A stretch of DNA of 64,000 nucleotides from Heptranchias perlo (GCF_035084215.1 NC_090339.1:12152001-12216000); one strand, 5' to 3'. Positions 12,846 to 26,278 are shown, numbered from the stretch's first letter. Numbers and translations are program-made. Notes: generated from the letters alone by a model not told the origin.

Positions 12846-13919
12846 GAATTAAAAATAAAATTGTTGGACTATAACTTGGTGTTGTAAAATTGTTTACAAT
12901 TTATAAATAGAGGCATAGAGTACAAAAGCAAGGAGGTTGTGTTGAACGTTTATAAAACACTGGTTCATCCACAACTCGAGTATTGTGTCCAATTCTTGGC
13001 ACCGCACTTTAAGAAGGATGTGAAGGCCTTAGAGAGGTTGCAAAAAAGATTTACTAGAATGGTTCCAGGGATGAGGGACTTCAGTTACGTGGATAGACTG
13101 GAGAAGCTGGGGTTGTTCTCTTTAGAGCAAAGAAGGTTAAGAGGAGATTTGATAGTGTTCAAAATCATGAAGGATTTAGATAAAGTAAATGGAGAGAAAG
13201 TGTAGAATAGCCACCTTCTGAAGTGTCCCGAAAACTGCACTTTGTCAACAAATAATATTTGTGACATCCGCAACCATATTTGCAATGCATACTTGAACTT
13301 AACGACATTATAGAGTATTCCTTTATTTAAGCAGTATCTAGGAAGTTCATGTGCTAGTTTTCCACGAGAGATCAACAGATTGGTCTCTTAACAATCTAGT
13401 TATTCCTTTTAGCTTTCCAGATGCCCATCTATTTAAAGTTTTGGTTACTTTAATCCAAATAAAACTCAGGCAAAGTTTACTGGTGGTACATGGGGAATAC
13501 CAATGTGATTTATGGTCTGACCAGATTAATACAGTGTCAATGTTTGCTACACTGGCACATCACCGTGGTCAGGGGTGATGTTTGATTTTAATATAAAAAT
13601 CTACAGATCGATCGCTGATTATACCAGTTACTTGGTTAGGTGAGATTGTTTCACAATGCAAATATTCTACTGTAGTGTTTTCATTTAAGCCTAGTAATTG
13701 CTCAGAATATTGTGCAAACACTTAAGCATCCTCATACTAAATTGCGCTGTCTGCTATTTTGATAATGGCCTGTTTATTGTCAATGAGTTGACACATCAGT
13801 TAAAAATAGAAGAGAATAATTTGACAGGAATGTGTTTGGCATTTGTACAATGACATCACTTAACAATAATGCACTCCCCATCACTGCATCAACTATTTGT
13901 TTTTTAAATGATTTCACTA

Positions 13920-14760
13920 CTTTTATCTGCGAGTCCATTCCAAGTGTTGATCATTGAAGTCTGTCCTAAACTTACCTCTTACTGGTTTGAACTTGTGTCC
14001 CCTTGTCCCGCTCTCAAAATTTAATTTGAAGTAATAGCCTGGATTTATCTTTTCCAGTCCCTTAACTACCTTACATGTCTCTATAAGATCACCTCTCAGA
14101 CACTTTTTTTTCCAGGTTGAATAGGCCCAAGTTTCTCCAGCCTTTTCTCAATACTCCAAAAAGGGTCAGCCTCATGGCTTTTCTCTGCATTCCCTTTAGC
14201 AGTTGAGTGTCTCTCTTGTTTCTCAGCGACCAGAACTTGACACGATAATCTGTACAGTTTGATCACGATTTCCTCTACCTCTGCTATTTCAACATCATTC
14301 ATGTCGCTCATTATGTGCAGTACTTTAAACTTGTCAATATTAAATTTCATCTGCCGTTGTCCTGCCTACTCATGTTTTGTCCAACTCTTTATACTAATTT
14401 CAGAGCTTCCTTCTTTTGTTATCTCTGCCACTACGAGTTTAGTGTAATATAAATTAGAAACCGTAGTGGTCCCAACACCATGCCCTGGGGCACCCCGCTT
14501 GGGACTACTGCGTGACGTGTCTCCTCTAACCAGTATCAGATGTTTTATACCCTTCAGCCAATTTCTTACCCTTATCCTACGTTCCCACTGCTTTGAGTTT
14601 AACTAGTAGCCTTTCATGTGTACCTTTTTATCAAATGCCTCTTGGAAGTCTAAGTACACAAGTGTCCTAGGGTTTAGCACAGTCAACTTAGACTGTCATT
14701 TGCTCAAATAGGTCAAGGTGATTGGCCAGACAGGATCTTCTAAAGCTGTGTTGACTGCTA
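13920..14760 (-). mobile_element. Old degenerate CR1 fragment
   Basis: Remnant MKFNIDKFKVLH and a GVPQG-like segment (reverse complement near 14470-14495). Confidence 0.55.
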
Positions 14761-15489
14761 TTTACCAGGTGGTACAGATAATCCGTTGGTATAGAATTAT
14801 TATTAAAATGCTTATGAGTTCTAAATATTTTTGTGTCATTCTAAAGTACTTTCAAAAGGGAATTGGATATATATTTGAAAAGGAAAAATTTGCAGGGCTA
14901 TGGGGAAAGAACAGGTGCAGTGGGGATAATTGGATAGCTTTTACAAGGAGCCGACACAGGCATGATGGGCTGAACGGCCTCCTTCTGTGCTGTAAAATTC
15001 TATGATTCTATTCACCAAAATAACTTTTTTTAAAAATGATCCCTCCCATTCCCTTTAACTAATGGAATGTAGTAATGTGAATCTTCTGTGTATCTTTTAG
15101 TTGTAGCAGAAATCTCAGGCTGACGTCTGAGAGTCTGAGGCCTGTGAACCCAACTCTGCCCACAGGATCACTGAGGGCTTTAAAAATAAATAAATATAAT
15201 AAACTGTCTATGACTATTCCTCAATAATTAAATGGGAGGCTGAATTTCCGAAGTTAGTCTTATTTTCGGGAAGTTCTTTATAATTGTGACATTGTGGTGC
15301 TTTAAATTACCGTGCGACTAGCATAATCTTTTACAATACTTTTCATGCATCAATGAATATTTTATTGGCTTGCCAAGACACATACAGAGGCAACATTTTA
15401 AAAAAAACTGTAACCAGCCGGTCCCAGCCAGGCACAGTTGGGACACTCTGAGTCTTAAGATGCCTGGATGGGGGAGAGAATAAATCAGC

Positions 15490-16030
15490 CAGATAAATTT
15501 GCATTTATATAGCACATCTGACAGAAATATCTCAGTGTTTAACATATGCCGAACTACAAACATACGAACAATGACAGACAGGAAAAGACCCACTGGTCCA
15601 TCTAGCTTGTCCCATACAATCGTGTATCAAAATATATACACTCCCCACCCCATGCCATGTGACAATGTACAGTGACTGATGGTCCATTTTGCACACAGCA
15701 AGATCCCACCAGAGGCATACGAGCAGTTAATCTGTATGGGTGGTGCAGTTGGTTAAGGGAGGAGTGTTGGCCAGGACACCAGGAGAACCTCCTGCTCTTC
15801 TTCTTCAAATGGGACCTTTCAACATCTGCCTGAAACACTGGAATAGTCAGATGAACCTCTGCTTAGTGTCTCAACCAAGGGCAGTATCTCTGAGAACAAG
15901 GCTCTCCTTCAGGGTGGCACTGGAATGTCAGCCTATACCATGTGTTCAATTCTGGAGTGGAGCACGAACCCATAACCACCTTACTCCAAGATGGGAGGGC
16001 TACCAACTGATTTTGCTGACACTGAGATCT
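15490..16030 (-). mobile_element. Degenerate Deu-type SINE with inserted CR1 tail
   Basis: TTGCATTTATATAGCAC tail and CCTGCTCTTCTTC...ATGGGA core in reverse orientation. Confidence 0.55.
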
Positions 16031-16269
16031 TGCTACCGATGCCTGCTGAAAAAGTGGGTATGTGAGAAGGGGAATGGGCTGGCTATGGTGTCCTGCACCC
16101 CCTTATGGAAAATAGTCACCTGAGTGAGGCACCAGAGGGCTGCTGGCACCCATGGAATCTTACCCCAGCAAGAGTCAGTGCCTTCAAGAGACAAGGGAAG
16201 AAAACCTGAGGGGAAGAAACACACAGACAGACTCCTTTGCTTCCTCAAGAATGGCAGCTCAACATTTCT

Positions 16270-19200
16270 GGTTACAGGGTTTTCAGACGAGATAGAGAGG
16301 GGGATAAAAAAGGAGGGGGAGTGGCAATTTTAGTTAAAGAAACAATTACAGCTGTGAGGAGGGATGATATGTTAAAAGGATCATCAAATGAGGCCGTATA
16401 GGTTGGGCTAAGGAACAAAAAAGGGGCAGTAACACTACTGGGAGTGCACTATAGATCCCCAAACAGTCAGAGGGAGATAGAAGAGCAAATATGTAGGCTA
16501 ATTTCTGAGAAGTGCAAAAGCAATAGGGCAGTAATAGTAGGGGATTTCAACTACCCTAATATTAATTGGGATACAAACAGTGTGAAGGGTATAGAGGGCA
16601 CAAAATTCTTAAATTGCATTCAGAAGAACTTTTTTTAGCCAGGATGTAGCAAGCCCAACAAGAGAGGGGGCAGTTCTGGATTTAGTTTTAGGAAATGTAA
16701 GGGGTTTTGTTTCCGGGGCTTATCGTAGGTCAGCCAGTTATGTTTTCCTGAGCTGCCCTGCCCGCTGTGCGGTTTCGAATTGCTTTCCCCTTCCTGATTC
16801 TGAGCTCAGGACTTAGCGAGTGGTAATAAGGACAGACGGACAGACCAGTGGATTGGTGCAAGGAAAACCAATGTTTATTAATAAGAAAACTAAAACTACA
16901 AGGTAAACAGTATTATACACAAGATAAAAGGAATCGCTATGGATGCAATACAGTCTTATACTTAACGGGGTGGAAGAAACGGACACATCGAGGGAAAATT
17001 CTAAAATCACAATTTTAGCAATACCCCTTTAACTCCCACCCTTACACCTAGCTAGGTTGTCTTGTGGCGGCCAAAAAAAAAAAATAATGCTCACCGTGAA
17101 ACAGATGAAAAGGCCTGGCCCCTGTGTCCTGCTGCTGCCTTTGACACGTGGTTGCGATGTTTACTGGACGGCCTTCCTTCTTGGTTGCTAGCAGGCAAGC
17201 AGGACACTGGGCCAAGGCGAAGAGAGAAAGAGAGAGGTTCTGGGATGCCCCCAGTTATACCCTCCCGGTAATGGGCTAATTTCGCGCCTCATCAGTTTGC
17301 TCCATTGTCCATTTTAGGCGTGAAAATGTAAGACAATAGGGTCCCGATCTTGGCCCATTTACATTAATGGCTGGTGCCTGTACTGATCTGTTCCATAACT
17401 GCTTTCCATTGTTCCGAATGTTCCTTGATGGGCTATCTTTTGTCCTGGGATTTCTCCAGCTCGAATTTTGATGTGTAGACCGGCAATGTTGATGGCTTGC
17501 CTCAGGGCGTGAATGCAACTGCATTGTTCAAAGAGAATCCAATTTCAAATGCTGCAGGCCTTTGGCCGTGTGGCTGATCGCAGCCATTTTGAAAGGCCCT
17601 GGATTTTTTAAAACACAGTCACACCAGGGTTTCTTTAATAACTCCAATAAATCTTCGGGGGTGGGGGGGCATGTGAAATTTTGCGAATCCCTTCAGAAAT
17701 TAAGCTGGGCAGGTGGAAGGAGTAGCAGTGGGAGAGCATTTTAATGGTAGTGATCATAATTCAGTTAGTTTTAGCATAGTTATGGAAAAGGACAAAGATA
17801 GAACAGGACTAAAAGTTCTAAATTGGGGGAAGGCCAATTTTACTAAGCTGAGAAGTGATTTAGCAAAAATGGACTGCAAACAACCACTTGAAGATAAATC
17901 AATGTCAAAGCAGTGGGAGGCAGTCAAGAGGAAAATTCAAAGGGTTCAGTGTAAACATGTTCCTACAAAGAAAAAGGGTGGGACTGCCAAATCTAGAGCC
18001 CCCTGGATGTCAAGGAACATACAGGGTAAGATAAGGCAAAAAAGGAAAGCTTATGTCTGACACCGAGAACTCAATACTGCAGAAAGCCTAGAGGAGTATA
18101 GAAAGTGCAGGGGTGAAATTAAGAAGGAAATTAGGAAAGCAAAGAGAGGGCATGAAAAAATATTGGCAAGTAAAATCACAGAAAACCCAAAGATGTTTTA
18201 AAAATACATAAAGAGCAAGACGCTAACTAAGGAAAGAGTAGGGCCTATTAGAGACCAAAAAGGTAACCCATGTGTGGAGGCGGAAAATGTTGGCATGGTT
18301 CTTAATGAATACTTTGCGTCTGTCTTCACAAAAGAGAGGGACAATGCAGAGATTGTAGTTGAGGAGGAATGTGAAATGTTGGATGGGATAAACATAATGA
18401 GAGAGGCAATATTAAGGGGATTTGAAAGTAGTTAAATCACCAGGCCCGGTGAAATGTATCCCAGGCTGTTAAAAGAAGCAAGAGAGGAAATAACGAAGGC
18501 TCTGACCATCATTTTCCAAACTTCACTGGTTACAGGCATGGTGCCAGAGGATTGGAGAACTGCTAATGTTGTACCGCTGTTTAAAAAGGGAGTAATTACA
18601 GGCCAGTCAGTCTAACCTCAGTGGTGGGCAAATTATTGGAATCAATTCTGAGGGATAGGATAAACCGTCACTTAGAAAGGCACGGAGTAATCAAGGACAG
18701 TCAGCGTGGATTTGTTAAAGGAAGGTCTTGACTAACTTGATTGAATTTTTTGAGGCAGTAACAAGGAGGGTTGGTGAGGGTAACGGGTTTGATGTAGTCT
18801 ACATGGATTTTAGCAAGGCTTTTGACAAGGACCCAAATGGCAGACTGGTCAAAAAAGCACAAGCCTATGGGATCCAAGGGAAAGTGGCAAGTTGGATCCA
18901 AAATTGGCTCAGTAGCAGGAAGCAAAGGAGAATGGTCGGGTGTTTTGTGACTAGAAGGCTGTTTCCAGTGGGGTTCCGCAGGGCTCAGTATTAGGTCCCT
19001 TGCTTTTTGTGGTATATATTATGATTTGGACTTAAATGTAGGGGACTTGATTGAGAAGTTTGCAGATGATACAAAAATTGGTCGTATGGTTGATAGTGAG
19101 GAGGAAAGCTGTAGACTGCAGGAAGATATCAATGGACTGGTCAGGTGGGCAGAAAAGTGGCAAATGGAATTCAATCCGGAGAAATGTGAGGGAATGCATT

Positions 19201-19961
19201 TGGAGAGAGCAAACAAGGCAATGGAATACACAATAAATGGGAGTATACTAAGAGGTGTAGAGGAAGTGGGGGACCTTGGAGTGCATGTCCACAGATCCCT
19301 GAAGGTAGCAGGACAGTTAGATAAGTTGGTTAAGAAGGCATATGGAATACATTTTTCTATTAGCCGAGGCATATAATATAACAGCAGGGAAGTTATGCTG
19401 GAACTGTATAAAACATTGATTAGGCCACAGCTTGAGTACTGTGTACAGTCCTGGTCACCACATTACAGGAAGGATGTAATTGCACTAGAGAGGGCACAGA
19501 GGAGATTTACGAGGATGTTGCCAGGATTGGAGAGTTTTAGCTATGAGGGAAGATTGGATAGGCTGGGGTTGTTTTCTTTGGAACAGAGGAGGCTGAGGAG
19601 TGATTTAATTGAGGTGTATAAAATTACGAGAGGTCTAGATAGAGTTTCCCTTAGTAGAGAGGTCAATAACCAGGGGGTATAGATTTAAAGTGATTGGTAG
19701 AAGGATTAGAGGGGAGCTGAGGAGAATTTTTTTCACCCAGACGGTGGTGGGGGTCTGGAACTCACTGCCTGAAAGGGTGGTAGAGGCAGAAACCCTCAAC
19801 TCATTTAAAAAGTACTTGGATGTGCATCTGAAGTACCATAACCTACAAGGATATGGACCAAGTGCTGGAAAGTGGGATTAGACTGTGTGTCTCATTTTCG
19901 GCCGGCGCGGACATGATGGGCCGAATGGCCTCCTTCTGCGCTGTAAATTTTCGATGATTCT
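16270..19961 (+). mobile_element. Decayed CR1 LINE (APE endonuclease + RT) interrupted by a solo LTR
   Basis: YRSPNS, GDFNYP, GSDHN, DFSKAFD, KFADDT fragments with frameshifts; CR1 tail at 19900-19961. Confidence 0.92.
16696..17695 (-). mobile_element. Solo LTR, 1000 bp (Gypsy or ERV1-type)
   Basis: TGTAAGGG...CCCTTCA termini, 4-bp TSD GAAA (16692-16695, 17696-17699), cleanly splits the CR1. Minus-strand TATA-like (~17256-17260) and AATAAA (~16875-16880) suggest orientation. Confidence 0.85.
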
Positions 19962-20165
19962 TGGTCCAGTATTGCCTGTAGTCTTCAATGGGACTGGTGT
20001 GAGATAATAGTTGTATATTTGTCACCTATGAACTAAAATATTATAGCCTAGAAATTAATGTTGGCACTATCAATGGATGAGCATCATGTCATTCTTCTGT
20101 CCATTATTTTAGCAGAGGCGATGAGCTGTTTAGTTTAAATAGGTAACACCTGCATTAAAATAATC

Positions 20166-23100
20166 GATAGAACATAAGAGATAGGAGCAGGAGTAGGCTA
20201 TTCGGCCCCTCGAGCCTGCTCCGCCATTCAATGAGATCATGGCTGATCTGATTTTTACCTCAATTCCACTTTCTCGCCTGTTCCCCATATCCTTTGACTC
20301 CCTTGCTGATTAAAAACTTGTCTAACTCAGCCTTGAATATATTCAATGACTCAGCCTCCACCACTCTTTGGGGCAAAGAATTTCAAATGTTCACAACCCT
20401 CTGAGAGAAGAAATTTCTCCTCATCTCTGTCTTAAACGGGTGACTCCTTATTCTGAGACTATGCCCCCTAGTTCTAGATTCTCCTATGAGGGGAAACATC
20501 CTCTCAGCATTTACCCTGTCAAGCCCCCTCAGAATCTTATATGTTTCAATAAGATCTCCTCTCATTCTTCTAACTCCAGTGAGTATAAGTCCAACCTGCT
20601 CGATCTTTCCTCGTAAGAAAACCCTTCCATACCCGGAATCAACCTAGTGAACCTTCTCTGAACCGCTTCCAATGCAAATATATCCTTCCTTAAATAAGGG
20701 AACCAAAACTGTACGCAGTACTCCAGGTGTGGTCTCACCAGCACTCTGTTCAGTTGTAGCAAGACTTCCCTGCTTTTATACTTCATCCCCCTTGAAATAA
20801 AGGCCAATATTCCATTTGCCTTCCCAATTACCTGCTGCACCTAACTTTTTGTGTTTCATGTATGAGGACCCCCAAATCCCTCTGTACCTCAGCATTCTGT
20901 AGTCTTTCTCCATTCACATAATATTTTGCTTTTTTATTCTTCTTACCAAAGTGGATGAATTCACATTTTTCCACATTATATTCCATCTGCCAATTTTTTG
21001 CCCACTCGCTTAACCTATCTATATCCCTTTGCCGACATTTTGTGTCCTCCTCACAACTTACTTTTCCACCTATCTTTGTATCATCAGCAAATTTGGCCAC
21101 AATACACTCGCATCCTTCATCCAAGTCATCGATATAGATTGTAAATAGTTGAGGCCCCGGCACTGATCCCTGTGGCACCCCACTAGTTACAGATTGCTAT
21201 CCTGAAAATGACCCTTTTATCCTGACTCTGTTTTCTGTTAGCATAGAGAGAGGATTGGCGAACTAATATGTTACCCCCACATCATGAGCTCTTACCTTGT
21301 GCAGTAATCTTTTATGTGGCACCTTATCGAATTACTTTTGGAAATCCAAATGCAATACATCTACTGGTTCCCCTTTATCCACCCTGCTCGTTACTTTCTC
21401 AAAGAATTCTAATAAATTTATCAAACACTATATCCCTTTCATAAAACCATGTTGACTCTCCTTGATTTTATTTTGAGTCTCTAAATGTCCTGCTACTACT
21501 TCCTTAATAATCGATTCTAGCATTTTCCCAATGACCGATGTTAGGCTAACTGGTCTATAGTTTCCTGCTTTCTGTCTCACTCCCTTCTTGAACAGCGGCA
21601 TTACATTTGCGGTTTTCCAATCCACTGGGATCTTTCCAGAATCTAGTGAATTTTGGAAGATTACAACTAAAGCATCCACTATCTCCGTAGCCACTTCTTT
21701 TAAGACCCTCGGATGCAAGCCATCGGGTCCAGGGGACTTGTCAATCTGCAGACCCATTAGTTTGCCTAGTACTTTTTCTCTAGTGATAGTGATTGTTTTT
21801 AGATCCTTCCTCCCCTTTGCCCCTTGATTATCTACTATTATTGGTATGCTTTTAGTGTCTTCTACTGTGAAGAAGACAGATACAAAATATCTGTTCAATT
21901 CCTCTGCCATTTCCTTGTTTTCCATTATTATTTCCCCAGTCTCATCCTCTAAGGGACCTATACTTACTTTAGCTACTCTCTTCCTTTTTATATACTTGTA
22001 AAAGCTCTTACTGTCAGTTTTTATATTTCTTGCTAGTTTACTCTCATAATTTGTTTCCTCCCTCATTTTAAGTCCTCCTTTGTTGGTTTCTAAAGTTTTC
22101 GCATTTTTGGGCTTACCACTAATCTTTGCCACTTTGTATGCCTTTTCTTTTAACTTGATACCATCCTTAACTTCCTTAGTTAGCTATGGTTGGTGCACCC
22201 TTCTCCTGGAGTCTTTCCTCTTAACAGGGATATATTTTTGTTGCAAGTCATAAAATATCTTTTTAAATGTCTGCCACTGCTTATCCACAGTCATACCTTC
22301 TAATCTGTTTCCCCAGTCCACTTTAGCCAACTCTGTCCTCATGCCATTGTAATTGCCCTTATTTAGGTTTAATACAGTTGTTTCAGATCCAAGATCCTCA
22401 CTCTCAAACTGGATGTGAAATTCATCATATTATGATCACTGTTTCCAAAGGGATCCTTTACTTTGAGGTCATTAATTAATCCTGTCTCATTACCCATCAC
22501 CAGATCCAAAATGGCCTGCTCCCTGGTTGGTTCCACAACCTATTGTTCTAAGAAACAATCCCGAATACATTCAATGAACTCATCCTCAGGGCTAATTTTG
22601 CCAATTTGATTTGTCCAATCTATATGAAAGTTAAAATCACCCATGATTATTCCATTACCTTTTTTACAAGCCCCCATTATTTCTTGATTTATATTTTGCC
22701 CTACAGTGTAGCTACTGTTAGGGGGCCTATAGACTACTCCCACCAGTGATTTCTTACCCATGCTAATTCTTACCTCCACCCAAATTGATTCTACATCTTG
22801 AGCTTCTGAGCCAAGATCATTTCTCACTATTGTACTAATTTCATCCTTTATTAACAGAGCTACCCCACCACCTTTACCTTTCTTCCTATCCTTCCGAAAT
22901 GTCAGATACCCCTGAATATTCAGTTCCCAGCCTTGGTCACCTTGCAACCATGTTTCTGTAATGGCCATGAGATCATACCCATTTGTTTCTATTTGTGCCG
23001 TCAATTCATCTATCTTATTACGAATGCTGCACGCATTCAGATAAAGAACCATTAATTTTGTCTTTTTGCCATTTTTTCCTATTCTGACCCCATTTGCTGG

Positions 23101-23382
23101 TGCACTCTTATGTTTGTTCGCGCTGTCCCTCCCTGTCACACTCTGGTTATCGTTACCCCTATCTCTTCCCTGTACTACTTCCTTGTCCTTTCTCTTCAAC
23201 ATTCTAAATTCCCCCCCACCCCCCATTTAGTTTAAAGCCCTATCTACAGCCCTAGTTATTCGATTCGCCAGAACACTGGTCCTTGCATGGTTTAGGTGAA
23301 GCCCGTCCTGATGGAACAGCTCTCTTTTTCCCTAGTACTGGTGCCAGTTCACCATGAATCGAAACCCACTTCTCCCACACCA
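20166..23382 (-). mobile_element. CR1 LINE with whole but disrupted ORF2 and the 3' end of ORF1
   Basis: YLNACSI, ITETWL, GDFN, KSPGPDG, QGSVPGP, FADDT. Upstream, DGLHLN...RAVDRALN* resembles the SGNH-esterase end of CR1 ORF1. Confidence 0.93.
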
Positions 23383-24089
23383 TATAGAGGAATGTCATAG
23401 GAAGTTATTAAGTCTTTGTCTGCTTCTATTACCGAAAGGTAATGTTCAGGTTAATGTGCCTAAAACAAGGCTGTGGAGGAAAATAAGAGGTATAAAATAT
23501 AGCACCAAATAGGAACATTAATTGGTTCTGTTGAGATTTGGGTAAGAAAACTGGGTCTGAATGCCACTTATGCATTATCATTAAATTAACTTTTAATTGA
23601 TTTCCACTGATTAAATTCCTGGAATTTATTTTCCAGTTGTTGAACTAATTAAAAACCAATTTCCTCCTGCAGTTGAGTAAAACAACTCCGATCTCTGACT
23701 GGATTGTTGCCGAGAGTCAGACCCGGAGATGCCTGCAGTTTACAACCGCACCATCAGTAGAGGCACTGCCTGCTGCTCATGTCATGCTGATGTCGTGGAT
23801 ACAATTTGCTTGCCTCTCCAGACCTGAATTTTGGCAAGGAAAGAATCTAAGGCTATGCAATCTGGACTTTTTAAAAAAAAAAGTAGATCTGGACCATCAT
23901 TAGGTGCTGCTCTGTGAATTATATTCTTCATACACCAGTAAATGTCAGTCTTTCATTCCTAGTTAGGTGGGGAGTAAGGGTACCAGTGGACTGACACAGT
24001 CACTGTACTGATAGTCCCCTAAAGACTAAGGTCATCAATCAAAGGCTGATCCAGACATCGAGGCATTCACTTGTATACCCTTGAGTGTA

Positions 24090-24270
24090 GAATGTTGAGG
24101 GGTGATCTGATTGAGTTGTTATAAATGTTAAAAGTATTCAATAAGGTAGATGGGTATCGAGGGATATGGAACTAAGGCGGGTAAATGGAGTTGAGGTGCA
24201 GATCAGCCATGATCTAATTGAATGGCAGAACAGGCCCGAGGGGCAGAATGGCCTACTCCTGTTCTGATGT
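24090..24270 (+). mobile_element. CR1 3' fragment
   Basis: GAGGGGTGATCTGATTGAG ... GAATGGCCTACTCCTGTTC. Confidence 0.7.
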
Positions 24271-25414
24271 AAAAGTAAGATTGCAACTATTCTATTTGAC
24301 ATAATCTCCAACAACAATTATTAGCCCACCACGATAGTGGCAGCTAAGTGGCTGGAGCCACAATAACAAACATGTGGAGGGTGAAATCCCACAGGATTCT
24401 CCTGCAGGAGATCAGTGGGACCCCTTGACTGGTGGTCATTTTTAGCCTTTTGCGCTGTTTCTTCAAACTGAAGTTACCAGTGGGGGTGGAGGGGGTGGTG
24501 GCGGAGGTTAAGTGACGGTCTGATTGTGAGCCCCATAAAAATGGTATCTGTGAACTGTGTAAATAATTGAGTTCTCTTTTAGCTTGACCGTACTTTTATT
24601 CTAATCCCTCAATTATTTTCTTCACTTTTCAAGATTTAAAAAAAAAATCAGGTTTCTATTGATTTTTCTCTGAATTTAGCCGAGTTTTTTGGGTTTGATT
24701 TTTCTCCCTTTTTTAAAAAAAAACACTAAAAACAAAACCTGAAACCTGTCCCAAAATATTGGGTATTTAAATTGGCAATAAAAGCCTGACTCTAATGATT
24801 CCTAATCATCCTGAAAAATGAAGTGAGTTTTGTGCAGTCTTAACTCCTGTAAATGACAATCCTAATATAGGTGTGTTGTATGGTTTTGAGAATTTTTGTT
24901 TTTTTTGTGATTTTTTGCCCTAGTAGTAGGGGAACTATAGTTAGTATCAGTGCCCCTGAGCTGGGGGAGCTGGGGGGAAATCGGCTGAGGTACTCGATCC
25001 TGATAGTTATGTAGTGACTCCTGCTGGAAAGTGTCTGTGCGTCTGATTCCTGGATCTGGAAAGGGATAGGATCAGATGTGTCTCTGCTGCCTCTGGTAGT
25101 TGAATAGCCTCCAGCTTTTTGTTTCAATTTGACTTTGATTTGGAAGATTATGAAGATGCGACATTTATTCAAAACCTGTTGCAATGTAGCATTGTCTAAG
25201 ACGAAGCTCGGGATTTGTTTAGATCAACCAATCTTGAGCCAACCTTGTGTTTCAAAAACTCAAGCCTGTTCAAGGAGCGTCATGCATTGGACTCCTCACA
25301 ATACTTATTAAAATGAACACGCCTTCCCGTGTCAAAAGGACAGAGGATTATTATGATTTCCTCACTCCATGTTCTGCCAATGCTCTTCCCTTACCTTTGG
25401 CTCCACCAAATATA

Positions 25415-25720
25415 GCCTTACTGGCCATTCACATCACCAGACCAATATAAGTGCTCCGACTGCTTGGCCCTCTTCCATGGCCTTGTATGCGCCCGGGTGA
25501 CCCTGGAATGGAATCACGTGAAGTCCACTGGCTCACTTCAAGCCTTTCGCGATCAGTGGGCCCCGCAAGATATATGTTGTTTTATTGATGACTGGAATAA
25601 TATTATCTTCTAACTTGATGCACGTGTTTTTAGTTTGTTAAAACCAGTTATTGTAATGGTCCTCCTCTGAGGGGGCACTTGGGCATTGGAGCACCTGATG
25701 CCACCTCACTGGTTCAAAAT
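25415..25720 (+). mobile_element. Tx1/L1-clade LINE 3' end remnant
   Basis: Translates LAIHITR...DCLALFHGLVCARVTLEWNHVKSTGSLQAFRDQWAPQ, resembling Tx1-type ORF2 C-termini. Recognised from memory, not searched. Confidence 0.55.
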
Positions 25721-25837
25721 AGGCAGATCCACTTGAGTTTGTGTCTAATAACCCAGCAAGAAAATGATGTTTATTTCTGTTTTGGTCCTTGGAAAAAATA
25801 CTGTAAATACATCTCTGCTTATTGCTTTTGCTTTTAG

Positions 25838-26278
25838 GTGTCAGCCGTGGCTCAGTGGGTAGCATGCTTGCCTCTGAAGGGTTGTAGGTTCAAGTCTCAC
25901 TACAGGGACCTGAGCACATTATCTAGGCTGACACTCCCAGTGCAGTACTGAGGGAATGCTGCACTGTCGGAGGTGCTGTCTTTCAGATGAGACACTAAAC
26001 AAAGCCCCCGTCTGCTCCCTCCGGTAGATGTAAAAAGAGTAGGAGAGTTCTCCCCTGTGTCCTGGCCAATATATATCCTTGAACTAACATCACTAAAGCA
26101 GATTATCTGGTCACTATCACATTGCTGTTTGTGGGACCTTGCTGTGCGCAAATTGGCTGCCTTGTTTCCCCACATTACAACAGTGACTACACTTCAAAAG
26201 TACTTCATTGGCTGTGAAGCACTTTGGGACATCCTGAGATCGTGACAGGCTCTATATAAATGCAACTTCATTCTTTTT
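25838..26278 (+). mobile_element. Deu-domain tRNA-derived SINE (SacSINE1-like)
   Basis: A-box TGGCTCAGTGG, B-box GTTCAAGTC, body matching 34782-35240, L2-type tail CTATATAAATGCAA. Confidence 0.85.

Larger units (their letters stand above)
11891..12900. mobile_element. Penelope-like element (PLE), 5'-truncated, with inverted pseudo-LTR arm (~1-kb palindrome)
   Basis: 11925-12343 is the reverse complement of 12480-12901 with few mismatches. Loop plus right arm encode the C-terminus of a PLE GIY-YIG endonuclease. TSD TTTATAAATA(GA) at 11881-11892 and 12900-12911. Splits a CR1 copy. Confidence 0.92.
11538..13200 (+). mobile_element. CR1 LINE RT fragment interrupted by the palindromic PLE
   Basis: KFADDTKL (11541-11858) continues after 12901 as ...PQLEYC...RGDLI. 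Confidence 0.9.
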
